A stretch of DNA of 57,967 nucleotides from a virus (taxonomy: Duplodnaviria > Caudoviricetes): IMG/VR virus record IMGVR_UViG_3300037721_000035, positions 1 through 57,967 of that record. One strand, written 5' to 3'. Below, piece by piece: positions 10,753 through 19,798 of the stretch. Numbering within the stretch: the first letter of the stretch is position 1; each line of letters begins with the position of its first letter. Below the pieces are notes generated by a model that saw nothing but the letters and a program-made list of their open reading frames with translations, was not told where the DNA came from and did no database searches. The translations under genes and the position numbers were made by a program.

Positions 10753-11091
10753 ATGGATATAATTAATAACATTACAAACTATTGTGATGGTGAAAAAATG
10801 TTAGACATACTCACTATTTTAAATTCAAAAATTGATACCATTATGACAAAACAGGAAAGATTCGACGCTATTTTGGCCCGCATGGATGTGGTGACTACCG
10901 ACATTGCAGGTGATTTTAAAGCCTTTGTAGAAGAATACAAAGAAGGTACTGTAAGCGAGGAATCCTTAGCAAAAGCAGAGGCCAACATTACTACTTTGGA
11001 AGAATTGGCTAAATCAAAAGAGAATCCAATACCTGGCGAAACAACACCGCCTGTCACTGATTCGAACACTGGCAGCGATACAAACGTTTAA
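10753..11091 (+). CDS. Hypothetical acidic coiled-coil protein
   Basis: ORF with AT-rich leader followed by a terminator. Confidence 0.5.
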   Translation: MDIINNITNYCDGEKMLDILTILNSKIDTIMTKQERFDAILARMDVVTTDIAGDFKAFVEEYKEGTVSEESLAKAEANITTLEELAKSKENPIPGETTPPVTDSNTGSDTNV

Positions 11092-11105
11092 TTCTTAACC
11101 AGGCT

Positions 11106-11137
11106 AACCCGCATCCCTACTGATGCGGGTTACTTTT
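11106..11137 (+). terminator. Intrinsic terminator
   Basis: AACCCGCATC-cctact-GATGCGGGTT hairpin plus T-rich tail. Confidence 0.7.
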
Positions 11138-11149
11138 ATTTTATCTACC

Positions 11150-11911
11150 ATGAAAATTCCAGCGCGTTGGGCTTTTGCCGGGGTATTGACCGGCATCATT
11201 CTTTATATGCAATTATGCGGGACTAAGGAAATTACGGAAGCACAAATAAAAGAAAGTGTATTTTTTAAACAGCTTGAACAGAAAGTACGTGATACGTCGA
11301 TGTATTACGAAACGCTTTTAAAAGCCGATAGTATCAATATCGATCTGGCAGTTGCTCAAGCTGAAAGATCAAGCGAGAAAGTATTACTGTATGAATCACA
11401 GTTAATAGATACGAGAACGCTGTTAGGCGTGTTATCACAACAATTAAAATTAGCCCGGAAGGATACAACAGATAAACACAAATGGGTTTCCGTTTCGCCA
11501 CGTTACGTAAACGCATGTGATTCATTTGAGATCGTAGCTATGGAACAGGATCAAAGGTTAGGCGGGTACCTGGTGGAAAATAAAAAACTTGCAGCGGATA
11601 TATTTATCCAAAAAACCGCCTTCGAAAAAGCACTCGATAATCAAAAGAAATTTAACCGGGCTTTACAATTTCAATTAGATACTTGTTTAGATAAAGGCAA
11701 GACTGTTGAAGCGCTACCTGAAAGACGTACACAGGTGTACCTAGGTGCGAACCTATACGGAAACAAACAAGATATTATTTCAGGCGGGCAGGTATGTTTG
11801 ACCTTGCTTACAAAAAAGCGAACTATGTTCGAAGTGAATGGTTTACTGATCAACGATAGAATACATGTGGGGGCAGGTACTAAAATATTAATTAGCTTTA
11901 GACGTAAATAA
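11150..11911 (+). CDS. Spanin-like membrane-anchored coiled-coil protein
   Basis: N-terminal TM ending in Cys, long coiled coil, C-terminal amphipathic beta-strands ending ISFRRK; lysis region. Confidence 0.5.
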   Translation: MKIPARWAFAGVLTGIILYMQLCGTKEITEAQIKESVFFKQLEQKVRDTSMYYETLLKADSINIDLAVAQAERSSEKVLLYESQLIDTRTLLGVLSQQLKLARKDTTDKHKWVSVSPRYVNACDSFEIVAMEQDQRLGGYLVENKKLAADIFIQKTAFEKALDNQKKFNRALQFQLDTCLDKGKTVEALPERRTQVYLGANLYGNKQDIISGGQVCLTLLTKKRTMFEVNGLLINDRIHVGAGTKILISFRRK

Positions 11912-11943
11912 ACCGGGGACGGGGTTTCCGAACACAATTTAAT

Positions 11944-12198
11944 ATGAAATCAGTAATTAAATATGAAATTTACGAGATAACAGAAGGCAAAGGGTATGCT
12001 GATGGTAAATCCGTACCAATGAAAATCGCAAAAATGCACGTTGTTTCAACGCAAGATAAAAACGACCCCAATTACGTGTATGGTCAGGTTTCAGGCGGTT
12101 CATACCAGGAACTTAAAACCACTAACGCGAACGTCTTCAATACCTGGTTTGTTGGCGCTATTGTTACCTGTGAAATGGAAGTAGAACCCGCCAAATAA
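11944..12198 (+). CDS. Hypothetical protein
   Basis: ORF followed by a terminator. Confidence 0.55.
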   Translation: MKSVIKYEIYEITEGKGYADGKSVPMKIAKMHVVSTQDKNDPNYVYGQVSGGSYQELKTTNANVFNTWFVGAIVTCEMEVEPAK

Positions 12199-12230
12199 AA
12201 AAGCCTTCCATAAAAATGGAGGGCTTTATT
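12199..12230 (+). terminator. Intrinsic terminator
   Basis: AAGCCTTCCA-taaaaa-TGGAGGGCTT hairpin. Confidence 0.6.
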
Positions 12231-12290
12231 CATGATTCGGGATAGACCCATTAATAATAGACCTTTCAAACTTAAACAAAAATAATCAGT

Positions 12291-12569
12291 ATGAAAAATT
12301 TTATTAAGTTCTTCTTAGCGGGGTTGGTGTTACTCGCATTGCCTGTTGTTCTATGGAACGTTTGGTTTTTGGATTATGTAGATAAACAGGGTAAGTTAGT
12401 ACCGTTCTTACTGACTCCTGTTTTCGCATTTGTATGCGCAGCAATTATAGTTGGTATGAGTGACGTTGAAGATAAACCTGTGATTAACGGAACCATTAAC
12501 CCTTTTTGGGGTTGGTTTATCGGTTCGTTGTTAGTGGGCATTATGATCGTGCTTTTATCAAATACCTGA
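12291..12569 (+). CDS. 3-TM membrane protein (possible class I holin)
   Basis: Three hydrophobic segments; two genes upstream of the endolysin. Confidence 0.45.
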   Translation: MKNFIKFFLAGLVLLALPVVLWNVWFLDYVDKQGKLVPFLLTPVFAFVCAAIIVGMSDVEDKPVINGTINPFWGWFIGSLLVGIMIVLLSNT

Positions 12570-12573
12570 TACC

Positions 12574-13116
12574 ATGATTTACAAAATACCAAAGGGTGGA
12601 CACCGCCCGTTTTGGCCACAATGGGGTTTCTGGTTTCATCAAAAGGCGTTTACCTGGGACGTATGTTTTCAGGAATCCTGCCGGTATGACGTAGGTAGTG
12701 TGGATCAGGGGGATTATAATAAATTATGTGGCGTTGGTTTCTTACCCCACCATCATGATGATAGCGCTCGTTTTGGTTGGCGGTTTTTAAAAGAAAAAGG
12801 AACTATTGAATTAGCGGGGTACTGCTATGTAAACGGGGTTCGGCAGGTAACGGTTATAGGTGAATGCGAAATAGATATAACGTACAGAATACAATTAATC
12901 TGCACGTCTGAAATGTATATGTTCAGTATGCACGAAAGAGCGGCCGACGGGTCTTTAATATCTCACCGGTTTATATGGGCAAGCATTCCAACCACTAACG
13001 CCCGTAAGTTCAAATATCGATTAGGGTTATACTTTGGCGGGCATAATGAGAAGTTAGGTAAAGACACCCCCGCACCGCATGACATTTATGTTGGGCTTTT
13101 AAAACTAAAAGAATGA
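12574..13116 (+). CDS. Hypothetical beta-rich protein
   Basis: ORF coupled to the endolysin by an ATGA overlap. Confidence 0.55.
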   Translation: MIYKIPKGGHRPFWPQWGFWFHQKAFTWDVCFQESCRYDVGSVDQGDYNKLCGVGFLPHHHDDSARFGWRFLKEKGTIELAGYCYVNGVRQVTVIGECEIDITYRIQLICTSEMYMFSMHERAADGSLISHRFIWASIPTTNARKFKYRLGLYFGGHNEKLGKDTPAPHDIYVGLLKLKE

Positions 13117-13547
13117 GAAAGATAACGCACATTGTGCTACATTGTACAGCTACCCCGCAGACTACAACCGTGGAAAGTATTGAACGGTTTTGGAAAGCGC
13201 CGAAGCCAAAAGGCAACGGGTGGAAATTACCAGGGTATCATCATATTATAAAGGCAGATGGGACAATAGTTGATTTGTTACCTATTGAACAGGTAAGCAA
13301 TGGGGTTGCCGGGCATAACGCTAATAGTATACACATAAGTTATATCGGCGGGGTGGACAAAAAAGGCAATGCAATTGATAACCGAACCGATGCGCAAAAG
13401 ACGGCACAGATTTGCTTGTTAAAGAAGTACCACGCAATGTTTCCGGACGTGATAATTTGCGGGCACAGAGATTTCAAAGGAGTGTCGAAATCATGCCCGT
13501 CATTAGATACGGATGCCTGGTTAAAGAGTATCAATTTTTATAGTTAA
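13113..13547 (+). CDS. Endolysin, N-acetylmuramoyl-L-alanine amidase (Amidase_2, T7-lysozyme-like)
   Basis: IVLHCTAT, GYHHII, SIHISYIGG, GHRDF..KSCP zinc-amidase motifs. Confidence 0.92.
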   Translation: MRKITHIVLHCTATPQTTTVESIERFWKAPKPKGNGWKLPGYHHIIKADGTIVDLLPIEQVSNGVAGHNANSIHISYIGGVDKKGNAIDNRTDAQKTAQICLLKKYHAMFPDVIICGHRDFKGVSKSCPSLDTDAWLKSINFYS

Positions 13548-13640
13548 TTAGCGCTATCTTCACATCCACATTTTAATTAATTCCTGTGACCGGTTTTTCT
13601 AGTTTCCAATATCTCCTACTTCCTATCGCCCATCCGCTAC

Positions 13641-13673
13641 ACCGCTGTATTTCTATACGGCGGTTTTTATTTT
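13641..13673 (+). terminator. Intrinsic terminator ending the late/lysis operon
   Basis: ACCGCTGTAT-ttct-ATACGGCGGT plus T tract. Confidence 0.8.
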
Positions 13674-13704
13674 AAAAAGAAAACCCGACATTGATATGTC
13701 GGGT
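13674..13704 (-). terminator. Intrinsic terminator of the leftward transcript
   Basis: Minus strand ACCCGACAT-atca-ATGTCGGGT followed by TTTCTTTTT. Confidence 0.75.
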
Positions 13705-13741
13705 GAAAGTTATAGAGCAACTTTTCGCTAAACCCCTAAAC

Positions 13742-13837
13742 CTAAAAAAGTAAAGTATACGGTAACTTAAAATAAGTTATATACGCGGCGCCGTAGACTA
13801 CTGCTAAAAATCCGATTGCAAGTAAAACTGTTTTCAT
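13742..13837 (-). CDS. 31-aa hydrophobic peptide MKTVLLAIGFLAVVYGAAYITYFKLPYTLLF
   Basis: Read by hand (below the ORF-track cutoff); has its own consensus promoter, A-rich leader and terminator. Confidence 0.7.
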   Translation of the reverse strand: MKTVLLAIGFLAVVYGAAYITYFKLPYTLLF

Positions 13838-13886
13838 GTTATTTGTTTTTAAAGGTTACTTTGTTTACGATTTGATTATTGATTAG

Positions 13887-13917
13887 CAAAGATAATGAAA
13901 CAATTCAATCTACCAAA
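13887..13917 (-). promoter_or_regulatory. Leftward Bacteroidota primary-sigma promoter
   Basis: Minus strand TTTG-N19-TATCTTTG, a perfect -33/-7 consensus; -33 overlapped by the operator variant at 13911-13926. Confidence 0.8.
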
Positions 13918-13952
13918 TTTCCGGTTAAATAATTAAGTAAATTATATTTGGT

Positions 13953-13993
13953 AACCAAAAATTTGGTATCTTAGATATTATAAATTACTTTCG
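13953..13993 (+). promoter_or_regulatory. Rightward promoter with overlapping operator variant
   Basis: AACC-N8-GGTA at 13953-13968; TTTG-N20-TACTTTCG ending 4 nt before ATG 13998. Confidence 0.6.
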
Positions 13994-13997
13994 TAAG

Positions 13998-14276
13998 ATG
14001 GACAAATATCAAGAATTAAAGCAGGCCCGACTTGAAAAAAGGGAGGTTAATATAAAAAGATCGCGGGCAATATGTCTTTTTTTTAAGAAAAGAAAAGATC
14101 TTAAAAAACTACCAATTTGTCAGAAGGTGGGGTATGATAGTAGCAACCTGGCAAAGTGCATCCGCAATACTAATAGACATATAGCCGCTAATTTTTTGTC
14201 AGATTTTGAAAGAGTATTGAAGGTATACGGTTTCATCCCATACCTTGAAGAGGACGCCGAAGGGGGGAAAGATTGA
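13998..14276 (+). CDS. Cro-like helix-turn-helix regulator
   Basis: Basic 92-aa protein with HTH-like KLPICQKVGYDSSNLAKCIRN; located in a divergent promoter region. Confidence 0.6.
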   Translation: MDKYQELKQARLEKREVNIKRSRAICLFFKKRKDLKKLPICQKVGYDSSNLAKCIRNTNRHIAANFLSDFERVLKVYGFIPYLEEDAEGGKD

Positions 14277-14395
14277 TTCTCACGATAACTATATGTAGTA
14301 TTGTGGCTATTCTGGAAAAAGTTACTAGCAAAAGCCGCAAAGCCTTTATTAAATTAAAGGAAGATGAATGCATTTTTCACAATCAAAAATAAATC

Positions 14396-14779
14396 ATGAA
14401 ACTGAAATTGGAAATTGAATTTGAAACATTTGGAGAAATGGTTGCCTGGGCTGAAAATCCCGACTTTGCAAATCTTAAAGCGGTTCAGGTATCCGCCACT
14501 GCGAACCAGGCGGCGAAAGCTGCTAAAGCTGAAGCTAATGGCGAAGTTAAAGCGACGGAATCAGATTTGCTGGGACAAATAAAAGCCGCGGGCATTGCTC
14601 TTTCTAACAAAGAAAGATATGACGGTGTGCAAGCTATTCTAAAATCTTACGGTGTAGTTAAAATAACTAAGATCCCAGAAGAAGATCAGCCGGAAGTTTT
14701 GAAAAAAATGAACAAGATGTTAGATGCCGATGGTGTGAAATATAAAAAGATGTTGGAAGCATTGAATAAAGTTGATTAA
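14396..14779 (+). CDS. Hypothetical replication-module protein
   Basis: ILKSYGVVKITKIPEE C-terminal motif typical of the gene preceding DUF2800. Confidence 0.6.
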   Translation: MKLKLEIEFETFGEMVAWAENPDFANLKAVQVSATANQAAKAAKAEANGEVKATESDLLGQIKAAGIALSNKERYDGVQAILKSYGVVKITKIPEEDQPEVLKKMNKMLDADGVKYKKMLEALNKVD

Positions 14780-14800
14780 TTAATTAATTATCTTTCCGCT

Positions 14801-15976
14801 ATGCTAAAAAAACATGCGCTCCTATCCGCATCGGGTTTAGAACGGTGGATGACTTGTTCACCATCTGCAAAATTAGAATCTAAGTTAATAGACGTATCTT
14901 CCTCGTATGCGGATGAGGGCACGTTAGCGCATGAGTTATCAGAATTGTTAATAGGTTACGCAGTGGGTAAGATCGACAAACACCAATACGAAATTGACTT
15001 AAAAATAATTAAGAGTCGAAAGTACTATAGTGTTTCAATGCATGAACATTGCGACGATTTTAAAACCTATGTGATAGAAATCTATAACACATGCCGGGTA
15101 ATCGATCCACACACGGTTATTTTTTTAGAAACAAGGTTAGATATCAGCGAGTTCATACCTGAAGGATTTGGAACGGCAGATATAATAATCCTATGCGCGG
15201 GTAAACTGATTATTATAGATCTTAAATACGGGCAAGGTATAACGGTTGATGTTGAAGACAATGGCCAATTGAAAGTATATGCCTTAGGAGCGCTTCGCAA
15301 ATTTGATTGCATATTTGATATTGACATTGTCGAACTTCACATTTACCAACCTCGAAAAGATAACATTTGCTCATGGCAAATAAGCACCCGTAATTTATTA
15401 AAATGGGGTATGGAAGAAGTCATACCCGGCGCATTAAAAGCATGGGCGGGAGAAGGGGAATTCGTACCGGGTGAACATTGCAGATTCTGCAAAGTAAAAA
15501 CCAAATGCGCGGCTTTCTCTAAATTTGTTGATGACTTGTATAAGCCAAAGCTATTGCCCGGTATGATGACACCTGAACAAATTTCAGAAGTATTGCGTAA
15601 ACATGAAATAGTAAAAGAGTGGTTAAATTCGGTTTACGAAATGGCTTTGATTGAAGCCGTAGAGAAAGGGGTAAAATGGCCGGAATTTAAATTAGTGGAA
15701 GGTAAAAGCAACCGTATTATATCGGATGAAATAAAAGCAATTGAGATTTTACAGGCTCAGAAATTAGCTAAAAGTGAATTCATGCGAACCAGTTTGAAAC
15801 CATTAGGTGAACTCGAAAACCTGGTGGGTAAAAAACAGTTGGCAGTTATTTTAGAACCTATCCTTTTAAAACCTAAGGGGAAACCTACGTTAGTCCCGGT
15901 TTCGGATAAGCGCGAAGAAATTAACAGCGCAAAAAATGCTTTTCACGATTTAGAGTTTGACACTTTAGATGATTAA
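14801..15976 (+). CDS. DUF2800 family Cas4-like PD-(D/E)XK nuclease
   Basis: HALLSAS..RW..C, EGTLAH, FGTAD, DLKYG, QLKVYALG, CRFC motifs. Confidence 0.88.
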   Translation: MLKKHALLSASGLERWMTCSPSAKLESKLIDVSSSYADEGTLAHELSELLIGYAVGKIDKHQYEIDLKIIKSRKYYSVSMHEHCDDFKTYVIEIYNTCRVIDPHTVIFLETRLDISEFIPEGFGTADIIILCAGKLIIIDLKYGQGITVDVEDNGQLKVYALGALRKFDCIFDIDIVELHIYQPRKDNICSWQISTRNLLKWGMEEVIPGALKAWAGEGEFVPGEHCRFCKVKTKCAAFSKFVDDLYKPKLLPGMMTPEQISEVLRKHEIVKEWLNSVYEMALIEAVEKGVKWPEFKLVEGKSNRIISDEIKAIEILQAQKLAKSEFMRTSLKPLGELENLVGKKQLAVILEPILLKPKGKPTLVPVSDKREEINSAKNAFHDLEFDTLDD

Positions 15977-15999
15977 TCAATTTTTAAAATTAAATACAA

Positions 16000-16671
16000 A
16001 TGTCTACAAGTATTGTAATCGGCCCTTGCAGGCTTTCATTTTTTCATGGTTGGGAACCAAAAGCCCCGAAAGGAAGTACGAAACTTCAGTATAGTACACA
16101 GGTACTGATTGATGTGAACGATAAGAAAAACATTGACGCGATCAACCAGGCCATAAACGAGGCAAGGGAAGAAGGTAAAGACAAGTTAGCCGGGGTAAAG
16201 GCGAATAAATTACGTCTACCGTTGTATGACGGTGAGGATGAATTCCCTGGTGATCCGAATTACGCGGGTATGATGTACGTCAACGCTTCGAATACCCGCG
16301 CACCTGAGATCGTTAAAAAGAAAAACGGAAAGATTACACCAATCATTGAAGAAGACGAAATGTACAGCGGCGTGTATGCGTTCGTACATGTAAACTTTTT
16401 CGCCTATAATAACGTAGGACAGGGGGTAGGTTGTAGCTTGCAGTCCATTATGAAGTACAAAGACGGTGAAAGATTGGACAGCCGTATCAATGCCGAAAAA
16501 GCATTTGAAAGCGTTGATTTCGAAACCGAAGAAGATGCCACCGGGGGTAAACTTACGCCGACTAAAAAAGCGGATGCCATTGCAACTGCTCCAAAACAAA
16601 ATAATAAAAAGGTGGCCGACGCGTTTGCAGATGATGAAGACGGCGAAGAAGTAGACCCGTTTGCAGATTAA
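16000..16671 (+). CDS. DUF2815 family ssDNA-binding protein
   Basis: LRLPLYDG, YSGVY, GVGCSL..I...KDGERL motifs; acidic C-terminal tail. Confidence 0.88.
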   Translation: MSTSIVIGPCRLSFFHGWEPKAPKGSTKLQYSTQVLIDVNDKKNIDAINQAINEAREEGKDKLAGVKANKLRLPLYDGEDEFPGDPNYAGMMYVNASNTRAPEIVKKKNGKITPIIEEDEMYSGVYAFVHVNFFAYNNVGQGVGCSLQSIMKYKDGERLDSRINAEKAFESVDFETEEDATGGKLTPTKKADAIATAPKQNNKKVADAFADDEDGEEVDPFAD

Positions 16672-16722
16672 ATAGTTAAAGAAAGTTGGTTGTAATTGTT
16701 AGTTGTAATTGTTAGTTGAAAT

Positions 16723-16772
16723 GAAAGGGTGCTAAAATTTATTCGTAAGTTTAAGCGCCCTTTCTAATTTTA
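16723..16772 (+). terminator. Hairpin/terminator between SSB and polymerase genes
   Basis: GAAAGGGTGCT...AGCGCCCTTTC inverted repeat. Confidence 0.55.
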
Positions 16773-16777
16773 TTAAT

Positions 16778-18748
16778 ATGGAGATTTTAGGAACGATCAG
16801 TATTGATATAGAAACGTACAGTGACCGGGAGTTAAAAAAATGCGGCGTATTTAAATACGCGGCTTCTCCTAATTTCGAAATATTAAGTATTGCATACTGT
16901 TATGATGATGGCCCTGTGCATTGGGTGGATCTGACAAAAGACCCTTTCCCGCAGCAACTGGAAATAGATATACAAGACGTTCGATATATTAAAACCTCTT
17001 ACAACGCGGCATTTGAATTAGAGTGCTTAAGCATACGTTTTAAAACCCGATTAGACCCCCGGCAGTGGCGTTGTACGTTAGTAAAGGCAGGGATGTTGGG
17101 CCTGCCCATGAACCTTGCAGAAGTTTCAAGAGTATTGAAATTAGTAGAGGGGAAATTAGAATCAGGGGTAGCGCTTATAAATTATTTTTGCAAACCATGT
17201 ACGCCCACACAAGCGAACGGTTTTAGGACGCGTAACCTACCGCATCATGCGCCTGAAAAATGGGCTGAATTTATGCGGTATATGGTACGAGACGTTGTAG
17301 CCGAAAGAGGGTTACTTAAAAAAATCAGTTGGTTTACCGTGCCGGCTAAAGAACAAAAACTTTGGGAACTGGATCAAAAAATAAACCGGTTAGGTGTTGC
17401 TGTTGATATCGACCTTATTAAAAATGCGATTAAAATAAATGAAGAATATCAGGCAGTATTGATAGAAGAAGCGGTAAAGATAACAGGGCTGCAAAATGTT
17501 AAGAGCGTGGCACAATTAAAAAAATGGTTGCAGAAAGAGGCGGAAGATGATCCAGATGAACTACACGAATTTGATGGTAAAGCCTCTTTGAAATCTGAAG
17601 ATCTACCTGCGTTAATAAAAAAGTTTGACAGTGAAAAAATAAAAAGGGTTCTACAGATAAGGCAAGAAACCTCCAAAACCTCCATTACTAAATATGCCAC
17701 CATGTTGAATGCGGCCGGTGATGACGGGCGGGTAAGAGGTACTCTACAATTTTGCGGTGCAAATCGTACATGGAGATGGGCGGGCCGGTTGATCCAACCG
17801 CACAACTATCCTAAAAATAATATGAAGGAGTTGGACCTTGCACGTATGGCAGTAAAGACCGGTCAGATGGGGATAGTTAACGCCTGTTTCGATTCAGTGT
17901 CACACGTACTTTCGCAATTATTACGAACTGCATTCATCCCGGCAAAGGGGCGTGAATTTATAATTGATGATTACAATTCTATCGAGGCCCGTATCCTTGC
18001 CTGGTTAGCAGGTGAGGAATGGGTGTTAGATGTTTTCCGGGGCCACGGGCTGATCTATGAGGCAACAGCCGCTAACATGTTTAAAGTGCCCATAGAGACG
18101 ATCGGTAAGAAAAGCCCGCTACGCCAAAGAGGCAAGATTTGTACGCTTGCATTAGGCTACCAGGGCGCAGTCGGGGCATTACTGAAGATGCGTGCATTAG
18201 AAATGGGTATACCTGAAAACGAATTACCCAAGTTGGTAACCCAATATCGGCAGGCAAACCCGAACATAGTACAATTCTGGTACACACTACAGGACAGCGC
18301 TATAACCGCTATTCAGACGGGTGAAGTGGTCCCTGTGACAAAAGGGATACGAATGCAATACAAACGAAATTGCCTTTTTATTACGCTGCCTTCCGGGCGG
18401 GATCTGGTATATTGTAACGCATCAATCAGCGGTAATAACCTCACCTATTGGGGGGTTAATCAAACAAAAAAAACATGGGTCAGACTTGAGTCGTATGGTG
18501 GGAAATTAGCGGAGAATATTACGCAGGCAATTGCCCGCGACATATTGGCCGAAGGGCTGTTAAATTTAGATGCACACGGGTATGATATCCCGCTACATAT
18601 ACATGATGAAGTGTTAATTGAACATCCGGAAGATCAGGGAGATTTAGCAACTGTTAGCCGGTTAATGTGCCCGCCTATCACATGGGCTAAAGGGTTGCCC
18701 CTGTCCGCTGAAGGGTTCAAACATCGGTACTATAAAAAAGAAGATTAA
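16778..18748 (+). CDS. polA: DNA polymerase family A (3'-5' exonuclease plus polymerase, no 5'-3' exonuclease)
   Basis: DIETYS (ExoI), YNAAFE (ExoII), DYNSIEAR (motif A), RQRGKICTLALGY (motif B), HIHDE (motif C). Confidence 0.95.
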   Translation: MEILGTISIDIETYSDRELKKCGVFKYAASPNFEILSIAYCYDDGPVHWVDLTKDPFPQQLEIDIQDVRYIKTSYNAAFELECLSIRFKTRLDPRQWRCTLVKAGMLGLPMNLAEVSRVLKLVEGKLESGVALINYFCKPCTPTQANGFRTRNLPHHAPEKWAEFMRYMVRDVVAERGLLKKISWFTVPAKEQKLWELDQKINRLGVAVDIDLIKNAIKINEEYQAVLIEEAVKITGLQNVKSVAQLKKWLQKEAEDDPDELHEFDGKASLKSEDLPALIKKFDSEKIKRVLQIRQETSKTSITKYATMLNAAGDDGRVRGTLQFCGANRTWRWAGRLIQPHNYPKNNMKELDLARMAVKTGQMGIVNACFDSVSHVLSQLLRTAFIPAKGREFIIDDYNSIEARILAWLAGEEWVLDVFRGHGLIYEATAANMFKVPIETIGKKSPLRQRGKICTLALGYQGAVGALLKMRALEMGIPENELPKLVTQYRQANPNIVQFWYTLQDSAITAIQTGEVVPVTKGIRMQYKRNCLFITLPSGRDLVYCNASISGNNLTYWGVNQTKKTWVRLESYGGKLAENITQAIARDILAEGLLNLDAHGYDIPLHIHDEVLIEHPEDQGDLATVSRLMCPPITWAKGLPLSAEGFKHRYYKKED

Positions 18749-18754
18749 ATATAA

Positions 18755-18797
18755 GTTACCGAAAATTTGGTAAATTCAATAGACTGGATTACTTTTA
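18755..18797 (+). promoter_or_regulatory. Operator-promoter repeat
   Basis: GTTACCGAAAATTTGGTAAA overlapping TTTG-N20-TACTTTTA. Confidence 0.7.
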
Positions 18798-18822
18798 TAA
18801 AAATCATTTGAAAATATAGAAG

Positions 18823-19326
18823 ATGCAGACCGTTCAAACTCCTGATCAAGTAGCATTCACTAATTTATTCCTGAAACATAAAGCGTGGGTGTGTGCCATT
18901 ATTCGAAATACCGGTGCTAGTCCTGATGATTGGGATGACATGTATCAGGAGATTGCATTACGAGCCTGGAAAGGATTTGCTAATTTTCGGTATGAATGTA
19001 CTTTCAAAAGTTGGTTGGGTAGAGTAGCTAAGTATACACTCATTGACCGGTTTCGTCGGCTAAAAGATAATATTATTCACCTTTCGCATTTTAATATATT
19101 TTTCGATATCGTTGATGAACCTTATGCGGAACATCGGTTGCCAGTAATTGAATCACTGTCTGAAGTAGAGCGACGAACTTTAGATTTCATTCTGCAAGGG
19201 CTTTCATATCGTGAAATAAGCGAACAACTGGGTGAGCCTGAAAACCGAATACGTGTAAGAATGCACCGTTTAAAAGGTCGATTAAATAAAAGGTACGGTA
19301 AAAATGATAGTGACAATAAATACTGA
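18823..19326 (+). CDS. ECF-type RNA polymerase sigma factor
   Basis: Region 2 (DDMYQE..LRAW...F...FKSWL.RVA) and region 4 (GLSYREISEQLG..ENRIRVRMHR). Confidence 0.88.
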   Translation: MQTVQTPDQVAFTNLFLKHKAWVCAIIRNTGASPDDWDDMYQEIALRAWKGFANFRYECTFKSWLGRVAKYTLIDRFRRLKDNIIHLSHFNIFFDIVDEPYAEHRLPVIESLSEVERRTLDFILQGLSYREISEQLGEPENRIRVRMHRLKGRLNKRYGKNDSDNKY

Positions 19327-19798
19327 TGCTTCATTTAACCATGACTATAAAATAGGCGCATACGCCTACTGGATAGTGTGCGACCGGGCACGTTTTAAAC
19401 ATGCCGGGGTATTAAAGAATTGTCAGAATAATATTGAAGCTGAAGTAAAAGCAATTGCAAATGCATTAGCTAAACTTAACACATTAAATTGGACAGATAT
19501 TTATTTTGTTATAATTAACACCGATTGCATACCTGCAATAAATTTAATTAAGGAAGAAGGCAAAACAAAAGTTACCGGAACCCTTGAAGCACTGGAAGCA
19601 ATTAATAAGTATGTTACCGAACTGCGAATAAAAAGTAAAAGTCAATTTAGTCAAAAACAATACGTTGATTACCGTCATGTGAAAGCACATAACGGGACAC
19701 CGGACACCCGCAGTTATGTAAATAATTGGTGTGATAAGGCCGCAAAACAAACACTTAAAAAATATATACAAAATGGAAAAAATAATAGAGCTGCTTAG
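19304..19798 (+). CDS. Ribonuclease HI-like protein
   Basis: INTDAS, NNIEAEVKAI, NTDC, HVKAH, NNWCDKAAK catalytic pattern. Confidence 0.85.
   Translation: MIVTINTDASFNHDYKIGAYAYWIVCDRARFKHAGVLKNCQNNIEAEVKAIANALAKLNTLNWTDIYFVIINTDCIPAINLIKEEGKTKVTGTLEALEAINKYVTELRIKSKSQFSQKQYVDYRHVKAHNGTPDTRSYVNNWCDKAAKQTLKKYIQNGKNNRAA

Noticed and set aside
14801-15976. Cas4 as part of a CRISPR-Cas system
   Set aside because: It is the DUF2800-type nuclease routinely found with DUF2815 SSB and PolA; there is no array or other cas gene.
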